From NCBI GenBank assembly GCA_964019335.1, contig OZ025731.1, positions 365,545-429,544 on the forward strand: a DNA stretch of 64,000 nt. The letters are read 5' to 3'. The notes under the pieces were generated by a model, which was not told the DNA's origin, did no database searches, and saw only the letters and a list, made by a program, of their open reading frames with translations. Position numbers and translations under genes: made by a program. Below are positions 45,609 to 56,956 of this stretch, piece by piece. Source of the stretch: Diplonema japonicum (Eukaryota > Protista > Euglenozoa: Diplonemea). Every line of letters begins with the position of its first letter. The stretch's first letter is position 1.

Positions 45609-47792
45609 ATGTCGAGGAGGAAGCATGAACCGGCTTGGACATGTTTGCAGCCAACAAAAGAAAGCAGCTGGCACACCTCTGCGTCATGCCTCTGCGGGCA
45701 GGCCCTGGTGATAATAGGAGGAACAGGCAGGGAAGGGAAGTCAGCGGAGGTATACGTTTATCACCTGCATGAACTGCAATGGCTGAAAGCCGAGACGACC
45801 GGGAAGGGCCCACCGACACGGCCGCTGTACTGCTCTGCTACAGGGCGAGGGGAGTCCGTGGCTGTGGTATGGAGCAAGCAGCAACCGGGGACTTCAAAAG
45901 TCCTGGTGACGCTTTCTGTGCTGTCTCTGAATCAGATGAGGTGGCACAGCATAGCACTCGACGGGACGGTGTCACCTCCTAGGAGGGGCTACCGTGCTGC
46001 AATGTCTGCACACGGGGATGTCCTCATTCTCGGGGGCGAGGGCAGCGTGAACGAACACCTCCCCAGCAGTGCCTGCGTCCTTGTGCAGGATGACGACACC
46101 GTCTCGTTGCTGCCTCGGGAGGAGTGTCCACCGCCAAGGAGCGACCATGCGTGCACAGTGGCCCCGCACGATACCATTGTGATCCATGGGGGCAAGGGTA
46201 CAGGGGGGGTGCTGCTTGGGGACATGTGGGTTTATGATGCAGCACGGAGAACATGGTTGGAAATAGGCAACGGTCCCCAGAGGTGTGGGCACGGGATCTC
46301 TGCCACGGAGCGAATGATCCTTCTCTTTGGCGGCGTGAGCAGCGACGGTGTTGTGTGTAACGACCTGTGGATATGGAACGTGGAAGGCCATGAGTGGCGC
46401 GGTCCCATCATGGTAGAATGCACGCTCCCATCGCCTCGTGCAGGGCATCTCTTCAGCTTGGTGTGGCCCGTCCTCGACGATCCGAGCCCCGAGCCCACCA
46501 CCTGCTTCGTATTGTACGGCGGTGTTGGCGGCCCCAACCTCCCCCCCTTTCACGACGTCTACAGGCTGGCGGTGCCCACAGACAGCACACAGCTCCCCCT
46601 GGTGCTCTCCGCCGTTGCCAAGACGCGAAGCCCTAAGCTCCTTCATTCTGAATCTGTTAGGAACAACGACAGCTACTTAACGCAGGATTCTGAAGACGCT
46701 GAGATCGTGGCAGCGATGCACAAACTGAAGGAGACGGCCAACTTCCTTGACGACAAGGAACGGGAGTTGAATGACATCGAAATCACCAGAAGGAACAAGG
46801 AGATGCAGCTGCAGCTCGACCGCGAGAAGCTGGACCGGGACCGTGCGCAGCTGGTGAGCAAGATGCACCGCATGGAGACCATCGTCAACGACTTCGAACA
46901 AAAGAACATGCAGACCGGACGGGAGCACTGGCACAAGGAACACAGCCGGAACCCACCTGTTTCACCGGGCATCTACACCTCGAAGCCGCAGCCCGCGATA
47001 TCCATGCGCCCTGAGCCTGCCGCAACTCTCCAGCTTGAGTACAATGCCCCGACTAGAGTTCCCAGAGCGGTCTATGCACCTGTTCATGAGCCTGTCATGC
47101 AACCCGCACCCCAGCCACCTTCTTTCCAGCCCTCGTTTGCGCCCATGCGGCCTGTACAGGCTTCAGCGTCCCCCTCTGCCGCACATGCATCGATGTCTCA
47201 ACCAACAACCCCTGTGCACTCCGCCCACCCAGCGCCACACTCGCGTCCTATAAGCCCTGTAGCGTCTACCCGAACTGTTCCTGTCCAGCCTATGCCTATG
47301 CCCATGCCTATGCCTATTCCACAACCTACCCCGACTCTCGCTGCCCACCCTGTTGCGCCGTATGGTGCTCACGTGGTACACAATACCTCTGCTGCGTCTC
47401 CCACTTACCCACCAGCACATGCCGTGCAATCTGCACATGCCGTGCCTGCGACGCCTTCGTACACTGTCCCCACTAAGTCCGTTCCTGCCTCGGGGCAGAT
47501 CACCACGTTAGAGGCACAGCTCGCTCAGGAGCGGCAGAAGGTCCAGCTTCTGATGGGGCAGCTAGCAGCGAAAAAGCAGCTTCCGCCTGTGCAGCCAGTC
47601 GTGGCGTACGCCCCTGTACCCGTCTCAGCACCAAAGGCCACGGAGCCCCCTTTTGTGGTCCCGCAGCATGTGGTCCCGCAGCAACCCCCAGGGAAGACCC
47701 TTAGCGATGCCAGGTGCAGGGTCATCTCACCGCCCCGGCCCGTGAGGTGGGAAACACCTATAAACAATACATTTTCCCACCCTGTTAGATAG
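45609..47792 (+). CDS. Kelch-repeat protein with coiled coil and Pro-rich tail
   Basis: Repeated GG...D.W.Y/W kelch motifs (IHGGKG..GDMWVYD, LFGGV..NDLWIWN, PSPRAGH). Confidence 0.88.
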   Translation: MSRRKHEPAWTCLQPTKESSWHTSASCLCGQALVIIGGTGREGKSAEVYVYHLHELQWLKAETTGKGPPTRPLYCSATGRGESVAVVWSKQQPGTSKVLVTLSVLSLNQMRWHSIALDGTVSPPRRGYRAAMSAHGDVLILGGEGSVNEHLPSSACVLVQDDDTVSLLPREECPPPRSDHACTVAPHDTIVIHGGKGTGGVLLGDMWVYDAARRTWLEIGNGPQRCGHGISATERMILLFGGVSSDGVVCNDLWIWNVEGHEWRGPIMVECTLPSPRAGHLFSLVWPVLDDPSPEPTTCFVLYGGVGGPNLPPFHDVYRLAVPTDSTQLPLVLSAVAKTRSPKLLHSESVRNNDSYLTQDSEDAEIVAAMHKLKETANFLDDKERELNDIEITRRNKEMQLQLDREKLDRDRAQLVSKMHRMETIVNDFEQKNMQTGREHWHKEHSRNPPVSPGIYTSKPQPAISMRPEPAATLQLEYNAPTRVPRAVYAPVHEPVMQPAPQPPSFQPSFAPMRPVQASASPSAAHASMSQPTTPVHSAHPAPHSRPISPVASTRTVPVQPMPMPMPMPIPQPTPTLAAHPVAPYGAHVVHNTSAASPTYPPAHAVQSAHAVPATPSYTVPTKSVPASGQITTLEAQLAQERQKVQLLMGQLAAKKQLPPVQPVVAYAPVPVSAPKATEPPFVVPQHVVPQQPPGKTLSDARCRVISPPRPVRWETPINNTFSHPVR

Positions 47793-47958
47793 ACTTATTG
47801 CTTTAGACCTCTTATCGTAGATGTGTCCTTTTTCTAGATTAGATTTCTCCTTCTTCTTATTTATTTCTTTTCGATTTGCAAGGAAAAAAAGGAAAAAGAA
47901 CTTTTTTTTTAGCTTAGGTATTTACCATACCCGTTCCCACCCGTTTTCACACGAAAAT

Positions 47959-48360
47959 ATGTTCGAGGAGATGAGCGAGAGGCACGCGAAGGAGATGGGG
48001 ACATTGCTGGAGAAGCAGAGTCAGGAAAGGGAGGCGCTTACGGAGAAGACGGCTAACGGAGGGGTACCGGAGATGGGGGACAGGATTATGCTGAGGGTGC
48101 ATGGAGAAGAGCTTGTAGGTGGAGTGGTGACTGGTGGGCCTCACTATGATGGCAGCGTGAACGTGCAGACTGACCAAGGTGAGCAACACATGTACTGTGA
48201 GTTAGATCGTGTTCACACATTTGTCCTACGAAGACAGTCCACCGGCGGGTTCTCGTCTGCAGCTTCTTCTTACGGTCTGACCGCCAGTCGTAAGTCCTCG
48301 ATCGCCTCGCTTTGCAATTCTCGCCGCTCTTCGGGGTGCATGCCGACCCAGCCTGTCTAA
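47959..48360 (+). CDS. Hypothetical protein
   Basis: GC-rich 133-codon ORF: short coiled coil plus a small beta (SH3/Tudor-like) segment GDRIMLRV..GGVVT..GSVNVQTD. Confidence 0.65.
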   Translation: MFEEMSERHAKEMGTLLEKQSQEREALTEKTANGGVPEMGDRIMLRVHGEELVGGVVTGGPHYDGSVNVQTDQGEQHMYCELDRVHTFVLRRQSTGGFSSAASSYGLTASRKSSIASLCNSRRSSGCMPTQPV

Positions 48361-48591
48361 TTTTTTTTGTATTAGTTTTGTAAATATTACTATTAAAATG
48401 TAATTTTCTTTTTCCCCCGGTTTGACCGGAAAGGCAAAGGAGTGGAGCAAGCAAAGTTAGCCCGCCTTTCCCCCCACTTTATTTTTATTTTTATTTTTTT
48501 TTTATTTGGCATTATGCAGCTTCGTGTCCAAAATACTGTTGCATTATTGAGCACTGGCTCAGAGGGGGGGGGGGGGGGGGGAGAAGAATAA

Positions 48592-49995
48592 AAATAACTA
48601 TTTATTCCGGGGCAATAAAGTAGGGTTTATTTCCCCGAGACATAATTTTTACCGAGCGAAGCGAGGTAAAAATTGGTTCCGAGGGGCCAGGACAATCTGT
48701 CGAGGGAAAAGGTAAACCCTACTTTACCCCGGAATACGGCGTTTTATTTACAGTTTATTTTCCCGAGGCCTAAATTCTCAAAGAGCGGGACGTGAACTCC
48801 GGAATACGCTGGACTATCACGCTTGTTTGTAGAATGAAAAAATAAAAATGGCAAAAGAAAAGAAAAAAGGGGTGGAGTGGGTACTATCTACTCCTGGCGT
48901 GTGCGGATGTTGATATTGATGTTGACGTCCTGTGACTGGCTTGGGCTTCCTGGTCCTGGGCTGGTCTGTATTTGACTCAAAAGTCCTGCCATGTGTTGCT
49001 TGTGCTCTGTTCCCCGTACATTGCTGGCATGCTTGTGTTTCTCCATCCAAAATGTGATTGCATCATGGAGATAGATGCGCCGTTTTCAGCAGCAGCTGTG
49101 GCCGCAGAACGTCGAAAAGTGTGACGTAAACTTGGATATCTCATTGGCGGGCTTTCCGATGACGGATGCCACATCGTACCCCAGTTTGTATACCTTGTTT
49201 TTGCCAATGGGCGTTCCTCTCTCCGAAAGGAACAGACGCTTGGTCTCTTTCTTAGGTCGTAGCAACAAGTACTGGTCCATTGCTGATGCATAAATGCCAG
49301 ACATGTGGAATTTTGTGTGCCCACCCGTCTTTGAACGTGCTGCGGTGCAGATAAAACTCCCATCAACTTGATTCTTAACAATGTCGCTGATTTCCATCGA
49401 CACCACTTCGCAAGCTCTCATGCCCCCGCTAAACATGCAAGCAACGATAGCGGCGGTAGCGGTCCCTTTTTTTTGTTCAATATAATCTTGAACCTCGTCA
49501 CTTGATAAAGTGGCAGTGACGCTCTTCGTTACGGTCCCAGGACTTTAACAAAGACGTCAAGCGAGGCCAAGCTTGTAGTTTGCAGTTGTACTTGGCTTTG
49601 AAGGTTGCGTTCAATTTGGAGTAAAGACACCAGAGGCTCGATGCCTTGAGCCCGGCTTCCCTCCTGCTTTGGAAGTAGCTCACGATATCTTGCTCACGCG
49701 GCTTCCCTGCTATGTTCTCTGACTCGAGCATCGCAGTCCACGCTTTTTCATAGGAAGGGTTCTTATATGTGTTTGACTCATAGATCTCTTCCATGCGCTT
49801 GACCTTCTTGCTTTTTGGCATCAAAGATAAAAAAAAGAGCTGGAAGAATTATGTTAGTTTATTTCCCTGCCCTGTTAAATTTGGCTTAAAAGTTTTATAG
49901 AATTATGTTAGTTTATTTGCCCGGGGGGAAAAACCCTACTTTACGTTCCCCGCTCTTTGAGAATTTAGGCCGAGGGAAATAAACAGTGAAATAAA
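48592..49995 (-). mobile_element. Crypton-like tyrosine recombinase DNA transposon
   Basis: AATAACTATTTA terminus, hairpin with CCGAGCGAAGCGAGG core, asymmetric IR (48742-48790 vs 49948-49995), YR gene with no RT. Confidence 0.8.
48977..49821 (-). pseudogene. Tyrosine recombinase with two frameshifts (~49520, ~49120)
   Basis: KASSLWCLYSKL N-terminal domain; GMRACE (R), SKT (K), H-TFRR (HxxR), HFGW, AMY (Y). Confidence 0.88.
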
Positions 49996-51696
49996 GATTT
50001 TAAAAAAAAAAAAGGAACACGGAACACCACAGGAAGCGCGAATCTTGCGAACTGACCTTACCTTCCTTGTACTTTTCTTTTTTTTTTCTTTCTTTTTTTT
50101 TTTCTAGTCTGAAGAAAATAGAGCGAAGGGAGAAAAATAAAATGGGGGACAGGATGGAAACACGCCATTCTATTCCTCGAGGTTTTCTTTTTACTTTTGT
50201 GCAAAAAAAAGGGGGGGGGGGGGGGGGGGCAATGGCAACTTATGGCATGTTAGACCACCGACACATGAATGCAAGGGAAAAAGTGTTTTTGTGTTGTTGC
50301 ATATATTTTCCACGCCTTATATCTAATTTTGTAGCGTACCCTTTTTTGCTTTACTGAAAGGGAATAAGGGGTGTCTCACTCAGACCTCCTTTAACTCATA
50401 TATTTTTTTTATTTTTTAAAATGCGCCTATCAGCTTTTTTGCATTTTGTTGTTTTTTCTTTTTCCAGTAGAAGAGGGGGGGGGGGGGGGGGGGGGGGGAG
50501 ACAGTGAAAGAAACTTCACTTAACCAAACTAATATTTTCTTCTTTTTTTTTTAAATTTCAGTTTGGGTTGGTGTGGTTCTTGGATCGGGGGAAGTTAATT
50601 TGGAGGGGGGGAGATTTTATTTTCCGAACTTTTTTTTTCTTATTTCTTTTTACCTCTCCACTTTTTTACATTCTACTGGATCACGGGGCCTTGAGATGTG
50701 TGCGCATACCGCATGGCACCACTAAAATCAAAACAACCTTTTTAAGCCTAGACATAGACGTGTGCGCAAATAATGGTTATTTTTTTCTTTTTTTTTTTCT
50801 CAAAGAGATGCTGCAGATGGACTAAACGCATAAATATAAAAAAGGAAAAAAAAGAACAGAAACAATTAACTAACTAGCTACTGAGCCCATAAAGGACTGG
50901 GATTTTTATAAAAAAAAAGGGGTTTTTTTTTTTGGTTTCGTCAAGTAAAGCATGGCGCGCCATGCCACCGCATAGAGTCTGACAGAACCCAAAAGTCCCC
51001 CCAAGGGTTGAGAAAATAAGAAAAAGAAAATATTAAGATGACTGTAAATCAACAGGCAGAAAAAGTTCGAGACAAAAAGAAAAAAATAAGAGATTGGGAC
51101 GGGTTTAAGAAAGAGTAGAAAGTAGTTCGTCGTTGTCATCTTATTCTAGATCCCCCCCCCCCCCCCCCCCCTGCTTTTAGCCTACTACCTTGTGCAATTT
51201 TATAGTTTTCTCCCCCAGGCACAGTAGTGATGCAAAATGTTTTTCGCAATACGAATTCACTTTCACAGTACCGCGGCTAAAAAGTCGCAAGAAAATAAAT
51301 CTTTAGTAAGAAAGTGATCGCGAAATAATGTGCGGAAAACAATTCGTTTCACCAGTGGTCGAAGGGTACAAATGATTCTATTTTATAGCCCCCTCCTTAT
51401 TCTTTAATCAAAAAAAAACAGTTTTATATTCTATTTTACCCCTTCACTACTAACATACTTGCTACAGGGTATGGATAAAATTACTTCATCATGTTCTATT
51501 TCTTTTTCTTCTCTCTTGGCTAATAGTCTGTCCCCCCGCCCCCCCCCCCTCTTTTTCCTCCCTTTAAAAAAACATACACAAAAAAGAAGAATGAATAGGG
51601 GAAAAAAAAAAAGAAAGAAAATGAAGAAAAAAAAAAGGACGAACTCTCCCTTTTCTCATATTTTTTTTTTTTAATATTCTATTCTTTTTTTTTTTT

Positions 51697-52570
51697 CGAC
51701 GGAAGTACCACGCAATCAAGGGTTCAGGTGTGACCTGTGTGAGTCACCACACCCGGACACGGTAACCTTACTCCGCCATCAGCTCTACGAGTGTGCCTGC
51801 GCACGGGACGAACAGGACGGTTTGGAACCGCTGCGCGACAGGACGGATGGCCCCTGTGTCTTGAGCTACACGCAATACTGCCGAGAGGACGCCTTTGCAT
51901 ACCTGGAAAAACTGCAACGATACTTGGCCGTGGTGGTTGAGAAGCGGGACGTGGAGCTCATGCAGAAGGAGGACGTCAACACACAGCCGCTACCGTGGGA
52001 ACGAAATGTAGTAGGAAAGAGATGCCCCGTTCCGATAGCAGGCGAGCTCGAAGGAGTGAGTGGGATCCTGTCCCAGTACCTGAACCCGCTGCTACAATGG
52101 TTGTCACAGCTGCGCTGGGTGGAGAAGGACACCACCTCGGAGGTGTCGGCGGTGGAGCTAGCCATTGACTTCGAATGGACGACCGGTAAATCATTAGGAG
52201 GCCTGCTGGAAGATAGGGCACGCAGAATCAAGGCCCTAATCGTAAAGATAAACGCAGCGTGCAGGGCACGGAAGAAGCGACGCCCCTTCCCAGCGGATGA
52301 GCAGAAAAGGGTGAAGTCCCTCATCGCCATTGGAGGAAAGGCAGCTATAGGCTTCTCCAGGAGGCCCATTTTTGCTACCCGCTCCACGCACGACAAGCTG
52401 ATGGATTTGAAGGCCGCCTACAAGCGGGATCGCATCACACGACTCCGCAAGACGCTCACAGCCACAATCGGGATGAAAGCAATGCTCCAGAAGGGGAGTA
52501 TTAACAGATAGACCCCCCCCCCCCTCCCATAGGGCGGCCCTCTAACGGGGGGCTTGTCCTGTACTTTGAG
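51697..52570 (+). mobile_element. 5'-truncated LINE (CCHC finger plus C-terminal domain), third family
   Basis: CDLC..HQLYEC, LPW, WLSQLRW, VELAIDFE, FPADE, GFSRRP; open frame 51699-52511; T tracts on both sides. Confidence 0.85.
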
Positions 52571-52779
52571 TTTTTTTTTTAAAAAAATTCTTCTTTTCTT
52601 TATTCAATGCATTTAAAAAAAACAAAAAAGATTACTATTTCCACCTAGGTTTTTTTACATTGTGTTTTTTGTTCCTCTGCGCTTCTTTGCTCGAAAGCGG
52701 GAAAAAAAAAAAGGAAAAAGAAAATCGACGAAGTCTATTATTTTTCCGCTACTGAAAGACATAGGATCTCGAGGAATGG

Positions 52780-52820
<41 letters not shown>

Positions 52821-53449
52821 ACTATTTTTTTTGAGAACACAGCAATGCAGAATCATTTGCGATTTTCTTTTGTGCTACACTGGCAGGGGTTACTTTTTTC
52901 TGTTTTCGCTCCCGCTTTCTAACCTCAGATGCATTTTTGTCATGGGTGAAACTAGGCTGTATTATTCCCTTTTTCTTCTCGTTTTTTTTTCACCCCGTTC
53001 CTTCATTTACACCATTTCCCTTCCCCCCTTAAATTAAGAGCAGAAAAAAAAGATAGAATAAAAGAAATATTTCCATCCAATTGTGGCCGGCTGGATTTCT
53101 ATTTTATGTTGCCCTTTCTCTTCAAAAAAAGAAAAGAAAAGAAAAAGAGCGATCCAACGACGAGGAATTTTACAACAGGAAAAAAAAAAAGAAGAAAGAA
53201 AGCGTGTTGTGCATCCCCCCCCTCCCTGCCCTTACCCTCCCTCGTTTTATTTAAATTTTCTTTTCTCTTTTCTATCTAATCTTCCAAACAAAGTCTGACA
53301 CCAGTTTTCTGTGCAAAAAAAGGGGGCGTTCTTTTAACGGAAGTAAGCAGTATTTTTCTTTTATTCTTTATCCCCCCCCCCCCCCTCCATTATTTTTTTG
53401 AACGGTTTTTTTCATCAATATATCCCCGCGTAGCTCACCCATAGGTGCG

Positions 53450-55436
53450 ATGCCCGCTCTGTACAAAGACATGATGCCGGGACCACCTTCGCCAATAGCT
53501 GGGCAGAGCATTGATGGGTATTACTTGGCAGCCTCTTCTCTGCCAGTTTCGTGTTCAAAAGCCGACGTGATTTTAAGATCCGAGATTTTCAGCTCGATCG
53601 TGTCTGGAGGGGGCCGGATGGCTCCTGGCCATGTAAAGGACTGCAAGGTCAGCCCTGCTGAGGTTTCTCGCTGGCTCCAGGCTGAGGTGCTACGTGGAAA
53701 TTGGCCACCTATTGTCATGCAGTGCTGCTCGGCCGTCTGGCAGATCAGCAAGAAACCCAGCACCGAAGTCTTCAGCAACCACCTGTACTTCCTGCAACCC
53801 TCCGACCTCCGCACTCTCTTCGTAGCCGTCCAAAGGCTCACAGAGCTCTACGTCAGAGTGGGTGCCACGTCCCCTACGGAGCAGCGCTTTCTCAGCTTCT
53901 CTGAGTTCCAGAACCTCACTTCTCTACTGTGCGATTGGGGTTTCTACGTCGAGGACCCTTACGACTCCTTCAGAGAGGCAGGCACGTCTGATGCGCCAGG
54001 TGGCTCGCTTCTCCCCCTCGACAACCTCACCCGCTTCTCCTTGGCCAATTGCACCAAGTACATCAGCGACACAGGCGTCCCAGAGGAAGCATGGATTATT
54101 ATCGCACCTGCCGCCATCGTGCGCAAGTCACACTCCCTCACCTCCCCGCAAGTGGGTGATGAAGTGCCTGAAGGGGAGACAGCTATCGTGATCGATATCG
54201 TGGGGCGCAGGGCCTTGCTTTCCAGTCCTGTGAACGGCTGGGTCAGCATCAAAACGCGCAGGGGGCAGGACATCATGGAGCCCTTGAACAGGGAGAGGTC
54301 GACCTCCTGGGGCAGCCCCAACGAACAGCAGCAACAGTGGGCGCTGCAATGCAACACGCGCAGCGAGTCCAGATCCGGGCAGAACGAGAGGACACATTCA
54401 AGCGGGAGTTCCCTCGAGCCCGAGCCGCTTCCCCAGAACTCCATACCCGTCCCTTCCCTTCAGTTTGACAGCACCAGTTCCCTCGACCCGATGCGTCAGG
54501 CCCTGTCTAGCCCGTCGGTGTACTCAAGAGACACAAACGAGGCTATCATAATGCAGGAATCTTTCCCACCCATGCCCATGTCCGCTCCCGCCCCGGAGCC
54601 CACTCCTATCCGTGAACCGAACTATGGGCCTGCACCCGCTCCACTTGGGTCCAAGCCTCCAACTTCCCTGCTCGCCTTTAGACATAGCAACAGCGACAGC
54701 CGGTCCCCGCCACCTTCTAGGGTATGCCTTTTGTAAACTAGCAACTCTACAGTCTGCAAGTGGGCACATGAACTTCACGAAGCCAACGCAAAATGCCTGC
54801 ATGAGGATACAAGACCCTTCCAGTGGTCAGGCCGACTTCAAGAAGTACCCATGGGACTTCGCAGGAGAATGTGTGCCGCTTCCGTCGAGGACAAGGAAAA
54901 TGAGTGCTGGGCAGACGCCTGAATTGAGGTTCGCTTTAGGGAAACCTGTGCAGAAGCTGCAAGTGGGGAGTGCGGCCTTTAAGAGTTCAACGCCAAGGGG
55001 GACGAAGATGGTGAAGGGATACTCGGAGAGCGGGTCCTTGGGGCCCGGTGCTTATGCTGCTGACTCTAGGCAGAAGAAAGTACATCCCCGTAGCCGTAGC
55101 CAAAGCGCAGCTTTCTGCACCTCCAAGCGGGATGTACTGAAGACTATGACGGGTGGGAAGGTTGTGAGCGATGGGAACAGGCCTGTTGCCCGTGAAGGGA
55201 GGGCCAGAGAGACTCCATTCGCGACTAACAAGCCTTCCTTTATGCAGCCATTGAAACGAACCCCATCAGAGCTCAAGATGGGAGACAGGAAGAGGTATGC
55301 AGCACTTCTTTGCACCACTGCCAACAGGTCGTCTTCTGCATCTACAAATGTAAGGAAGCCCGGCTTTGGTTCTTCAACGAGGCGCGAGCTTCCTTTACGC
55401 AGGGTTTGTGGCCCTGATAGCTATCAGCAAATGTAA
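53450..55436 (+). CDS. Hypothetical protein with SH3-like domain and GPGAY-type motifs; 31-nt intron 54722-54752
   Basis: VRKSHSLTSPQVG..GRRALLSSPVNGWVSI. The GTATG..CTACAG intron joins the two listed ORFs in phase 0. Confidence 0.75.
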
Positions 55437-56284
55437 ATAGATATGTTTACTTTGTTTCAAACTTGCTACTTTATAGATACCTTAGTTTAACACATCGAGC
55501 GGGGTGGTTGTGTGCCTCCTTTGTATGCCCTGCTCGCATGTGGTGTTGTTATTTTTAGTCTTAGCTCCCACGAGCTTCCAGTTTTTTGTGCTGCTGCTGG
55601 CGACTACTGTTATTGAAACAGCATGACAGGTCGGTCGTTTGTAAAATGTTATGGATAAAATGAAGCCGAAGGAAGCTCGAGACTAGCAGTCGGGAATAAG
55701 TGAGAAAGGTGCATGAGTGTTTGATAGAAACGAACACCAAAGGGGGACAAAGCGACTTGTGCAAGTAAATTGAATCCAAAATATCAACGTTCTTCCGTTA
55801 GGAGGTGACTCTCCCCTTGGATGAGGCAAACACACTGGTCTGCTCCTGGGAACAGTGTGACGAAGCAAGCAGGGGAGTGGACCCTTGTGTCAGACGGAAC
55901 GAGTTACGATGGGGTGTCGGTGAAGGTGGTGCCCAAACCTCGGGTTCTGGGCAGAGTCGTGCTCCCCCGGGTCCCAGTGCATGAGCATTCTGGTGTCATC
56001 GTGAAAATGAAAGATATTTTACAGGTAGAGGATGAGAACAAGGGGGCGTCTCACAAAGACTTCCTTTAACTCATATATTTGTTTTGCACAGCCGTGTTTC
56101 ACACGGGAAACCAAACACCAAGCCTTTGGAACATGCATGCACGTTGTCAGTTACCATGGTGCGGTTGTTAACGCTGCTTCCTCCCTGCTTTCAATTTTTT
56201 TTTCCACCTCTTTTTTTATGGTCATTTTATTTTCACTTGCATCACCGTTTACAACTGGGCATCTTCTCATCTTAGTTCTGAGCT

Positions 56285-56352
56285 ATAGGAAGATGTGAAA
56301 CATTTGTTTTTTTTTTCTGAAAAAAAAAGGGAAAAATAAAAGAATAGGGAAC
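56285..56352. repeat. Left copy of ~70-bp direct repeat flanking the CRE element
   Basis: ATAGGAAGATGTGAAAC..TTTCTGA..GGGAAAAATAAAAGAATAGGGAAC, repeated at 63318-63390. Confidence 0.85.
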
Positions 56353-56917
56353 TTCCCTTCCCTTTTTTTTTTTTTCCGCACCCAAAAGGGGTGCCAAAAT
56401 GGGGCTGGACGGACGCAGATGCCTACAGGGGGTTTTTGTAAGTTTGAAAACCGAAAATTCCGGATGCAAATTTGGCTCCGCGGTGTTCTTGGTGTTCAGG
56501 CTCCCTGTCTGCCAGGGCTGGCCCATGGCTGTTTTCACCGCCTTCTTTGGGGCCGTAGGTCTTTCAATTACTCCCTAAACTCCTTCTCCTTGGCTTTTTT
56601 TCTTGGCGTCCGCCGTAAAAATGGTGATATTTTGATAAACGAGAGAGGTATGTATGGGGAAAAAGTGCATGCTCAGTGTTGGGGGGGGGTCCGGAATAGT
56701 GATTTTATCCGCCTCTTTTCACCCATGGGACGGAAAAGCCCCCGCCTTGCCGATCGCGATGGAAGACACGGTTTATGGTTCCCATGCCCCCCACCGGATC
56801 GTCTTCTACTCCTCTTTTCACTTTTTTTATTTTTTTACTAGTAAATTAAAACTTCTCTAACAAGGCGGGAGAAAAAAAAAATCTGGCATGCACAATGCCT
56901 CATTCGAGGGCACCCTC

Positions 56918-56956
56918 TTCCAACGATTCTAAAGCTACAGTTTCTGTACTTTATTG
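56918..56956 (+). other. Spliced-leader exon sequence (37 of 39 nt; first two positions TT rather than AA)
   Basis: CCAACGATTCTAAAGCTACAGTTTCTGTACTTTATTG. The 3' half matches the conserved kinetoplastid/diplonemid SL end CAGTTTCTGTACTTTATTG; followed by GT. Confidence 0.92.

Noticed and set aside
51222-51357. Small CACTA-like MITE (also a 10-bp IR pair at 36106-36461)
   Set aside because: Inverted repeats are short or imperfect, single copy, with no clear TSD.
55620-56069. Possible small gene upstream of the CRE element
   Set aside because: Coding-like composition, but upstream frames are closed and no consistent exon model or motif was found.
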